From a virus, in IMG/VR virus record IMGVR_UViG_3300005805_000045, positions 32,001-96,000 of that record: a stretch of 64,000 nucleotides of DNA; one strand, given 5' to 3'. The translations under genes were made by a program, and so were the position numbers. Of this stretch, positions 18,070-27,854 are shown in pieces; the first letter of the stretch is position 1, and each line of letters opens with the position of its first letter. The notes beneath the pieces are model-generated. The model did no database searches. It worked only from the letters and a program-made list of their open reading frames with translations, and had not been told where the DNA came from.

Positions 18070-18077
18070 TATTTATA
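18070..18077 (-). promoter_or_regulatory. late promoter of GIY-YIG gene
   Basis: Perfect TATTTATA on + strand between gp13 stop and the endonuclease start. Confidence 0.7.
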
Positions 18078-18092
18078 TGCAAAATGCGTCAC

Positions 18093-18836
18093 CTAGCCCA
18101 TAATCATCATTGGGGGTTCTTCATGGGAACTCCGAATCAATTGTTCTAATTCTTGAATCTCTTGAATAGCTTCGTTATAGATTTGCTGTCCGTTCATGGT
18201 AATGCCACCAGGTAGTTGCATTCCACTAAATTTCTTCATGTTATTGCCCCACTGCTTTTTGATATAAGCAGTTGCTAGTTTTTTGAGCAGTCTGTCGTTA
18301 TAGACTTTATTATATGTGTCAGGATCAAGAATGATGAATCCTTCGATAACAACATATTCCAATGCGTCAATCTTTGTGTTCCAGTCCCAATCGATATAGA
18401 GTTTGTTTGAATGTCTATTGAATCTAATTGGAGTCTCGCCGGAGAATAGCATATCCAGTGTTCTGATATGTTGCTGGGTTAGTACATAGTTGACATAAGA
18501 AGTAGAAGTAAAGTCATAAAGCTCATGAAGTCTGAGCTGGTAACGCAGGTCGAACATATTGACTGATGCGTTTGTAGAACCTATCGGAAATATTCGTGTG
18601 ATACCAATAATGTTATCAGGAATTGTGATATACTTGTTTGCTATGTCTTGTTGTGTTATTTGATGGCTGATATACCATCTTTCAACGCCATCAACATGGA
18701 AATCTCTATAATACTGAAAGGCTAGATCAACGGCATCTTCCACTTGCTCATCATCAACGTTTATGTCAAGGACTGGTGCACCTAACTGACGTAGGCACCA
18801 ATCTTTTAGTTGTTCTCTTGTGGCTGGTGATGACAT
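18093..18836 (-). CDS. gp13: neck protein
   Basis: CLRQLGAPVLDINVDDEQVED, KKQWGNNMKKFSGMQLPGGITMNG. Confidence 0.96.
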   Translation of the reverse strand: MSSPATREQLKDWCLRQLGAPVLDINVDDEQVEDAVDLAFQYYRDFHVDGVERWYISHQITQQDIANKYITIPDNIIGITRIFPIGSTNASVNMFDLRYQLRLHELYDFTSTSYVNYVLTQQHIRTLDMLFSGETPIRFNRHSNKLYIDWDWNTKIDALEYVVIEGFIILDPDTYNKVYNDRLLKKLATAYIKKQWGNNMKKFSGMQLPGGITMNGQQIYNEAIQEIQELEQLIRSSHEEPPMMIMG

Positions 18837-18860
18837 TTATTATCCTATTTTTTGCTCGTT

Positions 18861-20039
18861 TTATTTATTATTTATGTTGTTTCGCAACTCATCTATTTTT
18901 TGTTTCCACTTATCTGACATTTTTACGAGTTCCTCATCTAAATCCAGTGGATCGTTTTCAAGTGACAGAATATTAAACAAGTGATTCAATTTCAATGTCT
19001 TATATTGAATGGAATCCTTAGTAATGAACCCATACTCTTTTTCAAAATTGTAAATAAATTCAATGCGTTCGTCCAATGGTGCTGCAAATGGTGACGTATA
19101 CTTTGGTCCGATTATTGGTAGTATGTTGTAATTAGTGACACCCTCGCAAAATCGACCGTTTATCTCTTCGACTTTCTTGATATCTTCGATTAGATTTTTA
19201 TACGACCATCTATTTAAGGTATTTGTGTACCCAAGTTCTACCTTGTTCTTACGACCCTTCATGAATTTTTCCAAGTTTTGAATAGTCTTGTCCCAGTTTC
19301 CTCCACGAGTCCAATTGTACATTTTCCCGGACGAATCCAGACTTATCCTTAATGAAAGATTCTTTAGGTTGTGAAGTATGGTTAACATCTCATCAGAAAG
19401 CTCTTGGAAGTTGCTTAAAAACTCGACATTGACATCAAGCTCTTGTTCTACAATGTGAAGAAGCATTCTCTTTACTTCATTTTGTATTAGAGGCTCGCCT
19501 CCCTTAATTTGAAGTATCTTGAGCTGGGGAAGAAGATCAAAAATCTTCTTCATGTTTTGTTCAGTCGTCCAATGCTTATATTTGACTGGTTTACGGTTGA
19601 ATTTGGTCTTGGCGTTCTGTTTGTCGAACATGAACCATTTTGAACTACATTCACTCTTACACATCAGACATTGTTGATTGCAAAGATTGTTAAAGCAAAC
19701 GTCGAGGTGTTCGATCTTACAGTCGTCTATTTTGAAGTTAGTCGAGATGCCATTCTTTCCGTACTTTCTAGGTAACATATTACGAAGAGAGTTCACAGAT
19801 GAGTTCTCTCTTCTTGTACAGGCAATACAAACCTCGTTCTCTTCGACCTTCATATTCCTGTACTTGATGAAATAATCAGTGTTAAAAAAATCCTGTAGAT
19901 TTTCTATATCATCAATGTGTGGTGGAGTAAGCCCCAGAACTTGTTCCTTGGATATACCACACAGATGTATATAACCCTCGGGCGTGATATGAATACCAGA
20001 CCACATATGCAAACATAAATGTTTCAAATTTTCATTCAT
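18861..20039 (-). CDS. radical SAM enzyme with N-terminal Twitch/SPASM-like Cys cluster
   Basis: CNQQCLMC, GGEPL; N-terminal CLHMW...LCG...CIAC; start 20039 gives TGATG coupling. Confidence 0.88.
   Translation of the reverse strand: MNENLKHLCLHMWSGIHITPEGYIHLCGISKEQVLGLTPPHIDDIENLQDFFNTDYFIKYRNMKVEENEVCIACTRRENSSVNSLRNMLPRKYGKNGISTNFKIDDCKIEHLDVCFNNLCNQQCLMCKSECSSKWFMFDKQNAKTKFNRKPVKYKHWTTEQNMKKIFDLLPQLKILQIKGGEPLIQNEVKRMLLHIVEQELDVNVEFLSNFQELSDEMLTILHNLKNLSLRISLDSSGKMYNWTRGGNWDKTIQNLEKFMKGRKNKVELGYTNTLNRWSYKNLIEDIKKVEEINGRFCEGVTNYNILPIIGPKYTSPFAAPLDERIEFIYNFEKEYGFITKDSIQYKTLKLNHLFNILSLENDPLDLDEELVKMSDKWKQKIDELRNNINNK
18862..18875 (-). promoter_or_regulatory. tandem late promoter motifs upstream of gp13
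   Basis: TATTTAT twice (18862-18868, 18869-18875) on + strand. Confidence 0.5.
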
Positions 20040-20524
20040 CACAGGGATAGCCTCATATAGCAATTATTATGCGTCGTTTTATTCTTGTCTGGGAGAACAT
20101 CATTGAATTGTTCTGTAACTTGTTCGAACCCACACTTGGAATGTACACGCATTGAATTTGGTCCAGCCATAACCCACATGAAACTCTCTGGTCTGGTTTG
20201 ACGGCATTCGTCTATGACGTGTCTTAGCAATTTCTCTGATATTTTCTGACCACGGAATTTTTTATAAACGAATATACCACGAGAACGAATGGTGTTGTCT
20301 ATAAGATGATAAGAGATGCACCCTGCTGGTTCGTTCTTGTGATAGTAAACATAGAACTTGGGTTTTGACAACGACAGGTCATAGACGTTCATATCGTTGC
20401 CGCCAAAATACTCCTTACCATCATAGAATTTCATGGAGCTAACAAGCTTTACGTCATAGTCTCCCCACATCTCAGGATCAGACCACAAAGATTTTACTTC
20501 AGCGAAGGTCGCTTCAAGTATCAT
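20039..20524 (-). CDS. GNAT-family acetyltransferase
   Basis: RSRGIFVYKKFRGQKISEKLL (motif A), HSKCGF; ATGA coupling at 20521-20524. Confidence 0.8.
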   Translation of the reverse strand: MILEATFAEVKSLWSDPEMWGDYDVKLVSSMKFYDGKEYFGGNDMNVYDLSLSKPKFYVYYHKNEPAGCISYHLIDNTIRSRGIFVYKKFRGQKISEKLLRHVIDECRQTRPESFMWVMAGPNSMRVHSKCGFEQVTEQFNDVLPDKNKTTHNNCYMRLSL

Positions 20525-21576
20525 ATATTGTCCCAAATAGTTTCTATACACTTGTAAATATCTTTAACTTCTGTGTAGTGATTTAGGGGCAATGAAAGAA
20601 TTGTGTCACAAACAATCTGACTGTTCTGTAGAGTATCTTTTCTATGGGGCAGAGATTTATACATAGGATTTTCTGATATTGGATTTTTATAGTGAACAGT
20701 AGCACCTAATAATTTTTGTATTTTGTCTCTGGTTTGTCTATCCTGAAATCTAACCACATACTTGTGGTAGTTATGATCGACATGTTCAATGTTCTGAATT
20801 GAAATAGGAAAATCTTTGAATGCGTTGTTATAAATTTCTGCGTTTCTTTGACGAATGTATTGCCATTTTTTCATGCTCTTCAATCTATGATCTATAACAC
20901 GAGCGTTCAGTAGAAGCATCTTAGAGTTATAGCCTAAAATTTCTCCATTTCCGTGCACTCGTAATTTTTTGACGGTATTATATAGTGATTCGTCATCGGT
21001 TAGAAAAGCGCCACCCCCAGAAATACCCGCCACGTTTTTATTGGCGTTAAAACTCAAAGCACTGGCAATTCCCAGTGTGCCCGCTTTGATACTTTGGTAA
21101 CTAACCCCTATGGCCTGACAAGCATCTTCAACAAAGTGAATCTTCTTCTCCTTACAGAAAGCTATGATCTGTCTTGTATCGGACATACTACCAAAGAGAT
21201 GGGGATATACGATTGCTTTGGTTTTGTCTGAATACATTCTTTTAATACTATCAAAATTCATATGATATGTTTCAAGATCAATGTCGCAAAAGACAGGAGT
21301 AGCGCCCACCATAGAAACACATGATGCCGTAGAAAGCCAAGAGAAATTTGGAACTAAAACTTCATCTCCTGCCTTGATTCCTAATGCAAGCATAGAAAAG
21401 AATAGCGCATCTGTTCCACTTGCTACAGAAATTGCATACTTCCTTCCCGTTATTCCACATAATGATTTTTCAAGAAAGCTAATATCAGTTTCTTGTTTTT
21501 CTGACAGAGTAGATTCAAATAGTTCAAAGTACTCTCTCTTGTTTTCAATAAATTCTCTTTCCCATCCAGTTTTCAT
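20521..21576 (-). CDS. DegT/DnrJ/EryC1/StrS PLP-dependent sugar aminotransferase
   Basis: VASGTDAL, GDEVLVP, GATPVFCDID, VEDACQA, SFNANKN (catalytic Lys), LSLP. Confidence 0.93.
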   Translation of the reverse strand: MKTGWEREFIENKREYFELFESTLSEKQETDISFLEKSLCGITGRKYAISVASGTDALFFSMLALGIKAGDEVLVPNFSWLSTASCVSMVGATPVFCDIDLETYHMNFDSIKRMYSDKTKAIVYPHLFGSMSDTRQIIAFCKEKKIHFVEDACQAIGVSYQSIKAGTLGIASALSFNANKNVAGISGGGAFLTDDESLYNTVKKLRVHGNGEILGYNSKMLLLNARVIDHRLKSMKKWQYIRQRNAEIYNNAFKDFPISIQNIEHVDHNYHKYVVRFQDRQTRDKIQKLLGATVHYKNPISENPMYKSLPHRKDTLQNSQIVCDTILSLPLNHYTEVKDIYKCIETIWDNI

Positions 21577-22667
21577 TATACGTATTCCCAAATTGAATTA
21601 TATTCTATATCTTTGAATAAGATTCTTTTAAAATGTTCATCTTTCTTTTCATTAGGATCTACTTTGACTTCCTTTGTAACTCCACCAGCAAGTCTAAAAT
21701 GAATATCAAACAAGTATGCTTTATTCGGGCTGTAGGGAACAAATGTTATATTCAATACGCTTAGTTTCATGTTCGATGCTTCAATTATTTTATACATTAA
21801 CGACATAAATGTTTCAAAATTTGAATTACCCAAAACCTCTCTGGCACGAATGTAATTATCTTCACGTTTATCTATTACGTATTGTTTGGAATATATGTAA
21901 GCTGGAAAGAAAATTCCAACATCTTTTGGGAGCAATGTTTTTAGAACTACTATAAAATGGATTTTATTGTTGGCTACAATTAAACTTATACTATAACATT
22001 CTCGACTAGAAACACACTCTTGAATAATGTGTCTTCCTCGTATGCCAGCAAGACTTTTCCCAAATTTCATTTCCTTTCCATTTTTCTGAATATTCAAAAA
22101 TTCATCCAAAGCATCATATTTTTGAATAACATCAATAAGATGTGCGGAATTTTTATATTTCAGATAGTCAAACTCAGAATATTTTTCTTCAGTCATATGC
22201 AATCGTGTAGATCCGTCAGCACCATTTGTGGGTTTTACAAATATTTCACTATCAAACTCTCTTATAATTTCTTCAACAGAAGTAGGAACAATTGTATGAG
22301 GATGAGGGATATTGTGTTTTCGACAGAAGTAAAAGAATTTTTCCTTATCCATTAAATCGTTTATTTTACAATTCATTTTTGGAATCATTTTTACATTACT
22401 ATCTAGAGTATCTAGCATAGGATATAAATTGTCGCATTGAGACAACACATAGTCAATTTCATACCGATTAACTAATTTATGAATTGCTTCTTTATAATCT
22501 CTTATAGTTGGCTTGCTATATTCTATGTGTCGAAGCGATTTATGAGACTCTCTTGGAAAATCCATCAAGTTATATACAGTGTGTCCGTATCGCTCTGCTT
22601 CTGCCACAGTTAAATTCATGAGATGTGAATTTTTACTTAAATTCACAAACAACAATTTTTTACCCAT
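21576..22667 (-). CDS. ATP-grasp fold ligase
   Basis: MDKEKFFYFCRKHNIPHP, IFVKPTNG, IIQECV, FDIHFRLAGG. Confidence 0.72.
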   Translation of the reverse strand: MGKKLLFVNLSKNSHLMNLTVAEAERYGHTVYNLMDFPRESHKSLRHIEYSKPTIRDYKEAIHKLVNRYEIDYVLSQCDNLYPMLDTLDSNVKMIPKMNCKINDLMDKEKFFYFCRKHNIPHPHTIVPTSVEEIIREFDSEIFVKPTNGADGSTRLHMTEEKYSEFDYLKYKNSAHLIDVIQKYDALDEFLNIQKNGKEMKFGKSLAGIRGRHIIQECVSSRECYSISLIVANNKIHFIVVLKTLLPKDVGIFFPAYIYSKQYVIDKREDNYIRAREVLGNSNFETFMSLMYKIIEASNMKLSVLNITFVPYSPNKAYLFDIHFRLAGGVTKEVKVDPNEKKDEHFKRILFKDIEYNSIWEYV

Positions 22668-22678
22668 AATAATTTCCT

Positions 22679-23872
22679 TTATTGTATAATATACTTAGAG
22701 ATTAACTCATTAAATTTTGATTCATCCTTGGCTTTCACCACACAAATCCCACAATCACAATGACTGTTTGGGCAGAGCATGGTAGGAGGCTTTCCTTCTG
22801 TTCTGACTTTTTCTTCCAACCACAACAAATATTCATCTGAAGTAGAAAGGTTACATATTGGACCTCTGTTTTTGGTAAAACTTTTGACGTGTTTTAACAT
22901 GGGTCCAATTTTAACTTCTGGGGTATCTTCGGTTTTTGCCATACATGTTTGATGATGATAAACAACATCCTTGTCTTCTTCGATATGTAAGAAGAACCAA
23001 TTGACCATACAATTCCAGCCTTCAAAGTTAGACTGTTCTATAAACATCGTGTCAGTCTGTTTACCTGTCGCACCAACGGTCATGCATCTTCCACCACAAC
23101 ACATACGCCCCATCTTACGAGCTAATCCATCGTCAGATACGGCTTTGATCTCTGAACCACCAACCTTTTTATTTTTGTCCGACCAGTGATTGCGAAGATA
23201 TTCCTGTTGTTCTTTGGTGTAGACGTGAGATGTGCGTCTCATTTGTCCGTCAACATCCTCAAACCATTCAGTTCTAAATTTGCCGTCGTCGCCTATGATT
23301 CTTGGGATGTAGTTTATTCCATTTGGTTTTAAGAAATTTTCGATTAGGTCCACACATTCATCCCAGTAATCCATGTGCATCATAACATTAACCTTGAGTT
23401 TATTTTGGTTTTTGATGTTCTGATGTGTCCAAAGTAGGTTGTGACGAATGAGTTCCTTTTGTTTGGGCGTTCCTTCACAGTGATAAGACACTGTGATTGA
23501 ATCTAAGTGCTTCAGTAACTCTTTACCCTTACGTTCATTCCAAGTACCATTAGTGGTTAGATTCAACTTCATATAAGGATACGTTTCACGCATGTAAGGC
23601 AGAAGTTGATAGAAGGCTGGATTGACTGCTGGTTCTCCTCCCGTGAACGAGATGACAATACGCCAATCTTTTTGATGAAACATGGAATATATAGCATAGT
23701 AATCGTCAATAAACTTGGCTGTCTGTTTATATTTCTCAAAGGAATTCATAGGGGCTGTTGTTGAATGCATCCATCCTGTGCAATATGAACAATCAAAGTT
23801 ACAACGTCTGCCCAAATCCCACACAACCATTTTGGTTGGTAGTTTTTCGTCACTGTAGATGTAATCTATCAT
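22679..23872 (-). CDS. radical SAM enzyme with C-terminal Cys-rich domain
   Basis: WDLGRRCNFDCSYC, FTGGEP, TTNG; C-terminal CCGGRC and CPNSHCDCG. Confidence 0.92.
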   Translation of the reverse strand: MIDYIYSDEKLPTKMVVWDLGRRCNFDCSYCTGWMHSTTAPMNSFEKYKQTAKFIDDYYAIYSMFHQKDWRIVISFTGGEPAVNPAFYQLLPYMRETYPYMKLNLTTNGTWNERKGKELLKHLDSITVSYHCEGTPKQKELIRHNLLWTHQNIKNQNKLKVNVMMHMDYWDECVDLIENFLKPNGINYIPRIIGDDGKFRTEWFEDVDGQMRRTSHVYTKEQQEYLRNHWSDKNKKVGGSEIKAVSDDGLARKMGRMCCGGRCMTVGATGKQTDTMFIEQSNFEGWNCMVNWFFLHIEEDKDVVYHHQTCMAKTEDTPEVKIGPMLKHVKSFTKNRGPICNLSTSDEYLLWLEEKVRTEGKPPTMLCPNSHCDCGICVVKAKDESKFNELISKYIIQ

Positions 23873-24885
23873 TTTATATGATTGCCTTTTGGTAAATTAG
23901 TTGTGATACTGATATTATTAGCTATTTCAACTTCAAAAAAATAATCTTTATTCAAGGGTTTCAGTTTATCTTCTTTTGAAAATCTATCAGATGGTTTAAG
24001 ATAAAATTTCACACCCCAATCTTTTGCTAGTTGTCTTGCTTCAGTTATTTGATGCTCGTTAAATCGCATTGGTATAAATTGCCAAAAACATTCTATGCCA
24101 TTCTTTGCTGCTGTCTTCATATTATTAGTGATTTCGTTCCAATCTTGGTTTATTCTATGTATTTTGGAAGTGTCTTCTAAACCATCTATTCCCCAAAAAA
24201 CAATTACATGTATGCCAGATTGTCGCAATTCTTTCCATAAGTTTTGAGTCTTATTCCACCATTTTTCAGTTTTACCAGTTGCTGCTATACTTACACGATA
24301 GTGTTTCACTGTATGTTGATTTAGTAATATTAACATCTCATGATAATGTTTATAAAAAATAGGATCACTAAGAGAACCACAGTCTACAATACTATCCCAA
24401 AATTTATATTGAAATACGTCTTTTAATACATCCAAAGAAATATCAATATTATTTAAACGATTTTGATTTACTCTGGCACAATAACCACATTTTAACGAAC
24501 ATCTATTAGATGTTTCTATCTGAATGGTATTGAAATCTTTTGTATGAAATTTTTTATCTTCGTATACAAAATTTGGATCATACTTTATCATAGGAGAAGT
24601 TCTAGGTGATTGTTTAGAACCACAAAATTTCCAACATTTTTTTAATTTAGTAGTATGTAGATTGTCGATTAAATTATTCCACTCGACACTCTCTACTATT
24701 TCAGCATATCTCTTGTTATATAATGAAAAATTATTATTGATAAATGGATTGTCATCATAAGTTTCATCTGTTAATTGAATTTTATTCATCAAAGAAGTAT
24801 AATTTAACTGACAACAAGGAAACAAAAACCCTTCATTAGATATAAATGGTGACATTGTTCCACTGTAGCATTTTGGATATATCAT
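23869..24885 (-). CDS. radical SAM enzyme with N-terminal SPASM-like segment
   Basis: ETSNRCSLKCGYC, WGIDGLEDT, WQFIPMRFNEHQI; N-terminal FPCC...CWKFC. Confidence 0.85.
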   Translation of the reverse strand: MIYPKCYSGTMSPFISNEGFLFPCCQLNYTSLMNKIQLTDETYDDNPFINNNFSLYNKRYAEIVESVEWNNLIDNLHTTKLKKCWKFCGSKQSPRTSPMIKYDPNFVYEDKKFHTKDFNTIQIETSNRCSLKCGYCARVNQNRLNNIDISLDVLKDVFQYKFWDSIVDCGSLSDPIFYKHYHEMLILLNQHTVKHYRVSIAATGKTEKWWNKTQNLWKELRQSGIHVIVFWGIDGLEDTSKIHRINQDWNEITNNMKTAAKNGIECFWQFIPMRFNEHQITEARQLAKDWGVKFYLKPSDRFSKEDKLKPLNKDYFFEVEIANNISITTNLPKGNHIK

Positions 24886-25550
24886 AATTTCCCTATAACC
24901 ATAAACCTTTTATAGTTTGTGGATTTGATTGTTGTGTCTTGCCATTCAACAATATCCCTCTCACCAGAGTACAAAACTTTGTTGATTTGATGAACGTTGA
25001 TTAGATGTTCTATACTATCTACACAATTAATATGTTCAGGTATATGTCTCATATTATTGGATTGAATGACGACGACTGGATCTTCATTATAGAAAAGATT
25101 TAAATATACGTTTTTACCTTTCATTTCACAAAAAGTTTCTTTCATGTGTTCTGATGAGCAATTTATAACCAAATCTGGTTCATGTCTTTTGGGACTTCTA
25201 TCCCAATAATCTTCATTTAATATCCATACATCGTTTTTGTTTTTATTGTATATTTCTCTATATTGAATAGCCACCCTACAGGCATTTTTATCAATATCAT
25301 ACATGAATATTTTTTTAATGTTGAAAGTTTCGTACAACATACCAATCAATGGCCACCCAAACCATCCACCAACAATTTCTACATTCAATGGAGCTTCGCT
25401 ATCTATGATTTCTTTTAGTTCTGAGATCATCCAAATTTTAGAGGATATTTGGTTTGGAGATATGCTATCGTAAAAATTTACTCCTGGCAAAGTTTTACTA
25501 ATCCACTCGTTCACTTTAGAATATTTTGAAATATCTATGTAATCAATCAT
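24882..25550 (-). CDS. class I SAM-dependent methyltransferase-like protein
   Basis: VEIVGGWFG (motif I), YDID, DLVINCSSEHM, QSNN. Confidence 0.7.
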   Translation of the reverse strand: MIDYIDISKYSKVNEWISKTLPGVNFYDSISPNQISSKIWMISELKEIIDSEAPLNVEIVGGWFGWPLIGMLYETFNIKKIFMYDIDKNACRVAIQYREIYNKNKNDVWILNEDYWDRSPKRHEPDLVINCSSEHMKETFCEMKGKNVYLNLFYNEDPVVVIQSNNMRHIPEHINCVDSIEHLINVHQINKVLYSGERDIVEWQDTTIKSTNYKRFMVIGKL

Positions 25551-26283
25551 CGTAGCTTTCCCATAATTCTGTAGCCCAATTGGGGGTATTGTCTAATTCA
25601 AAATAACGTCTTCCTTGTTTAATCAAATGAGATGTGTTGAAAAGGCAACAAGATGCATTTGAATTGTACTTGTATTGATTTGGACCCTGTTCATTGTAAT
25701 TATAGAAGTGTATATTTCCATCTTTCCAAAAATCTATTTTATTACCTTTAAGATGATGTTCGTAGAACAGATATTTATCGCAAGATTGATATTCTTTATC
25801 CAACATCTCTCTGTTTTCTATATAATACTCCCACAGAAATTTTGCTGCATTTCCTGACCATCGGACAAAAGACGAGTTTACAAAACATGCCGTTTTTTGA
25901 GGAACCAAAATTTTCCAATGCCATTCTGGAGTCCAATGTGTCCATATAAAAGTAGGTTTACTGATTTGTCTTGTACACAAATCTGTTATATCGTTATGTA
26001 TAAGTATATCAAGATCAAGAATTAGGTTGTTTTCATTATTAATTTTGTGCATCAATTCAATTTTTTCAAGTGTAAATAAAGGAGTATGCTCAAAGACATT
26101 GTAATCTATTATCTTTACGTCTTCATAAATATTGCAATAATCGTCTGTTATACAATGAAAAATAAAATCTGTTTGGCAATATTTTTTAAGAGAGTTGAAT
26201 AGTCGATTAACGTATTCAGATCCGTATTTTTGTCCCCATTTAAAGGTATAAATGTTCAATGTACCATGATTTAGTTTTGACAT
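25543..26283 (-). CDS. GT-A glycosyltransferase (KWG-x-KY family)
   Basis: FKWGQKYGSEYVNRL, CITDD, LDLD (DxD), NSSFVRW. Confidence 0.8.
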   Translation of the reverse strand: MSKLNHGTLNIYTFKWGQKYGSEYVNRLFNSLKKYCQTDFIFHCITDDYCNIYEDVKIIDYNVFEHTPLFTLEKIELMHKINNENNLILDLDILIHNDITDLCTRQISKPTFIWTHWTPEWHWKILVPQKTACFVNSSFVRWSGNAAKFLWEYYIENREMLDKEYQSCDKYLFYEHHLKGNKIDFWKDGNIHFYNYNEQGPNQYKYNSNASCCLFNTSHLIKQGRRYFELDNTPNWATELWESYDD

Positions 26284-27155
26284 TTTGTGATCCTATAACG
26301 AAAGATAATGAATACGATATACCATTTGTCTTAGCAGAGAATCCAACAGCATTAAAATGGCTAAAAATTCTATATGAAGATATTTATATCAATAGGTGTA
26401 CTTGGAATAACAATAGATATGTTGGATTTGATATAAATCCACTATCCAAGAAAAAAATGGCAGAAGAATTAAATTATTTAATTTCTATTTGTGAGAAAGA
26501 AAGGCCTGGGCATTTTAGATTCACTGCGCATGAAAACATGTCTCAAGATGATTTTAATAAAATGCACATATGGTTTGAGATATACAGAGGTGAAATTAAC
26601 AATCCACATGATTTCTTTTCACGAGGAACAAAACAATTCAAATATGCAATTGAAAGATTTAATCAAGTAATACACATGTGGGAAAAAATAGAAAAATACC
26701 AACAGAATAAAGAACTTTGTTTTATAACATATGATATATTTGATGGAAAAAATGAAGACTTACAAGATGAAGATTTCTTAAATTTCAAATTTAAAAGATA
26801 TGACAACACAATATACTTGTCATATAATATGAGAGGAAAAAATTTACTGGATGTATGGATTGATGAAGACATACATATTGGCGATAATAACATTAGACCC
26901 TATAGATATCTAAGTTCAAATTTTGTTTTACGTTCTAAAGGCTGGTCGAAAAAAGAAACTGTTGAAAAACAAAAAGACTTTACTGAGTGGTTTGAAAGAA
27001 ACTCAAATTATCTAAATTCATTAGGATTTTACAAAGATGAGCCAAAATGCACCATAGGTTGGTTACCTTTGGCTCATTCTACAATAAAAGAAAACATAAA
27101 ATTTATAATAGAACCTAGACAATTTTTGAAACAAATAAAAATTTTTGAGGACTGA
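26259..27155 (+). CDS. hypothetical protein, possible metal-binding enzyme
   Basis: 298-aa ORF; paired helical motifs NKMHIWFE and NQVIHMWE. Confidence 0.55.
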   Translation: MYHDLVLTFCDPITKDNEYDIPFVLAENPTALKWLKILYEDIYINRCTWNNNRYVGFDINPLSKKKMAEELNYLISICEKERPGHFRFTAHENMSQDDFNKMHIWFEIYRGEINNPHDFFSRGTKQFKYAIERFNQVIHMWEKIEKYQQNKELCFITYDIFDGKNEDLQDEDFLNFKFKRYDNTIYLSYNMRGKNLLDVWIDEDIHIGDNNIRPYRYLSSNFVLRSKGWSKKETVEKQKDFTEWFERNSNYLNSLGFYKDEPKCTIGWLPLAHSTIKENIKFIIEPRQFLKQIKIFED

Positions 27156-27854
27156 ATGATCATCGTAAATCAATATGGAAAAGTAGAGTTTGATTTGGAC
27201 TTCAATGAATATAAAAAAATAGGAATTGGATTTTCAGGTGGTTGTGATTCCACTTTATTATTTTATTTATTGCTAAAATTGTTTGAAGAATCTAAACCAA
27301 ATGCTAAAATAATACCAATAACCGGAATAACAATTAATAAAGGTAAATGGAAACTACTTAGATCACAGCAAATTTTGGATGAACTTCTAATTCAATTTCC
27401 TAGTTGTGAAAAATACGTAGAAGACAGACAAATAAACTTCAATTGGTCACAAGAAGAATATTCAGAGTTTACTGAAAAGTTATTTGACGAAAATATAGTA
27501 GATATTCGCATATTTGGATTGACTAAAAATCCTCCATATGATGTTATGAAAGAACACAATTTGTTGTTCGAAAGAGAAAAATCAAGAGACAATATTGATA
27601 ATATTCTATTGAAATCAGGTTCAAGAAAAAAAGGAGGCCCAACTTATGATCCACTTCGTAATATTGATAAAAGGTGGATAGCACAATGCTACAAAGATTT
27701 TAAATTGATGGATAATATATATCCCCTCACATCTTCATGTGAGAGGCTGCGTGAAACCTATGATATGATCGATAATGAAGATCCCTGTAAACACTGTTGG
27801 TGGTGTAAAGAAAAGAAAATGGCCTTTGGAACATACGATGGAGGAATATCTTGA
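27156..27854 (+). CDS. PP-loop (QueC-like) adenine nucleotide alpha-hydrolase
   Basis: IGFSGGCDS PP-loop; TSSCE...PCKHCWWCKEK metal-binding cluster. Confidence 0.82.
   Translation: MIIVNQYGKVEFDLDFNEYKKIGIGFSGGCDSTLLFYLLLKLFEESKPNAKIIPITGITINKGKWKLLRSQQILDELLIQFPSCEKYVEDRQINFNWSQEEYSEFTEKLFDENIVDIRIFGLTKNPPYDVMKEHNLLFEREKSRDNIDNILLKSGSRKKGGPTYDPLRNIDKRWIAQCYKDFKLMDNIYPLTSSCERLRETYDMIDNEDPCKHCWWCKEKKMAFGTYDGGIS

Noticed and set aside
15791-18092. Group I introns housing the two endonucleases and supplying the missing ATGs by splicing
   Set aside because: Non-coding flanks are only about 5-75 nt, too short for a ribozyme core; each endonuclease has its own late promoter, so they look free-standing
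27156-27854. Calling the PP-loop gene queC of a 7-deazaguanine DNA-modification system
   Set aside because: No queD, folE or dpdA in the window, and the context is late structural and glycosylation genes
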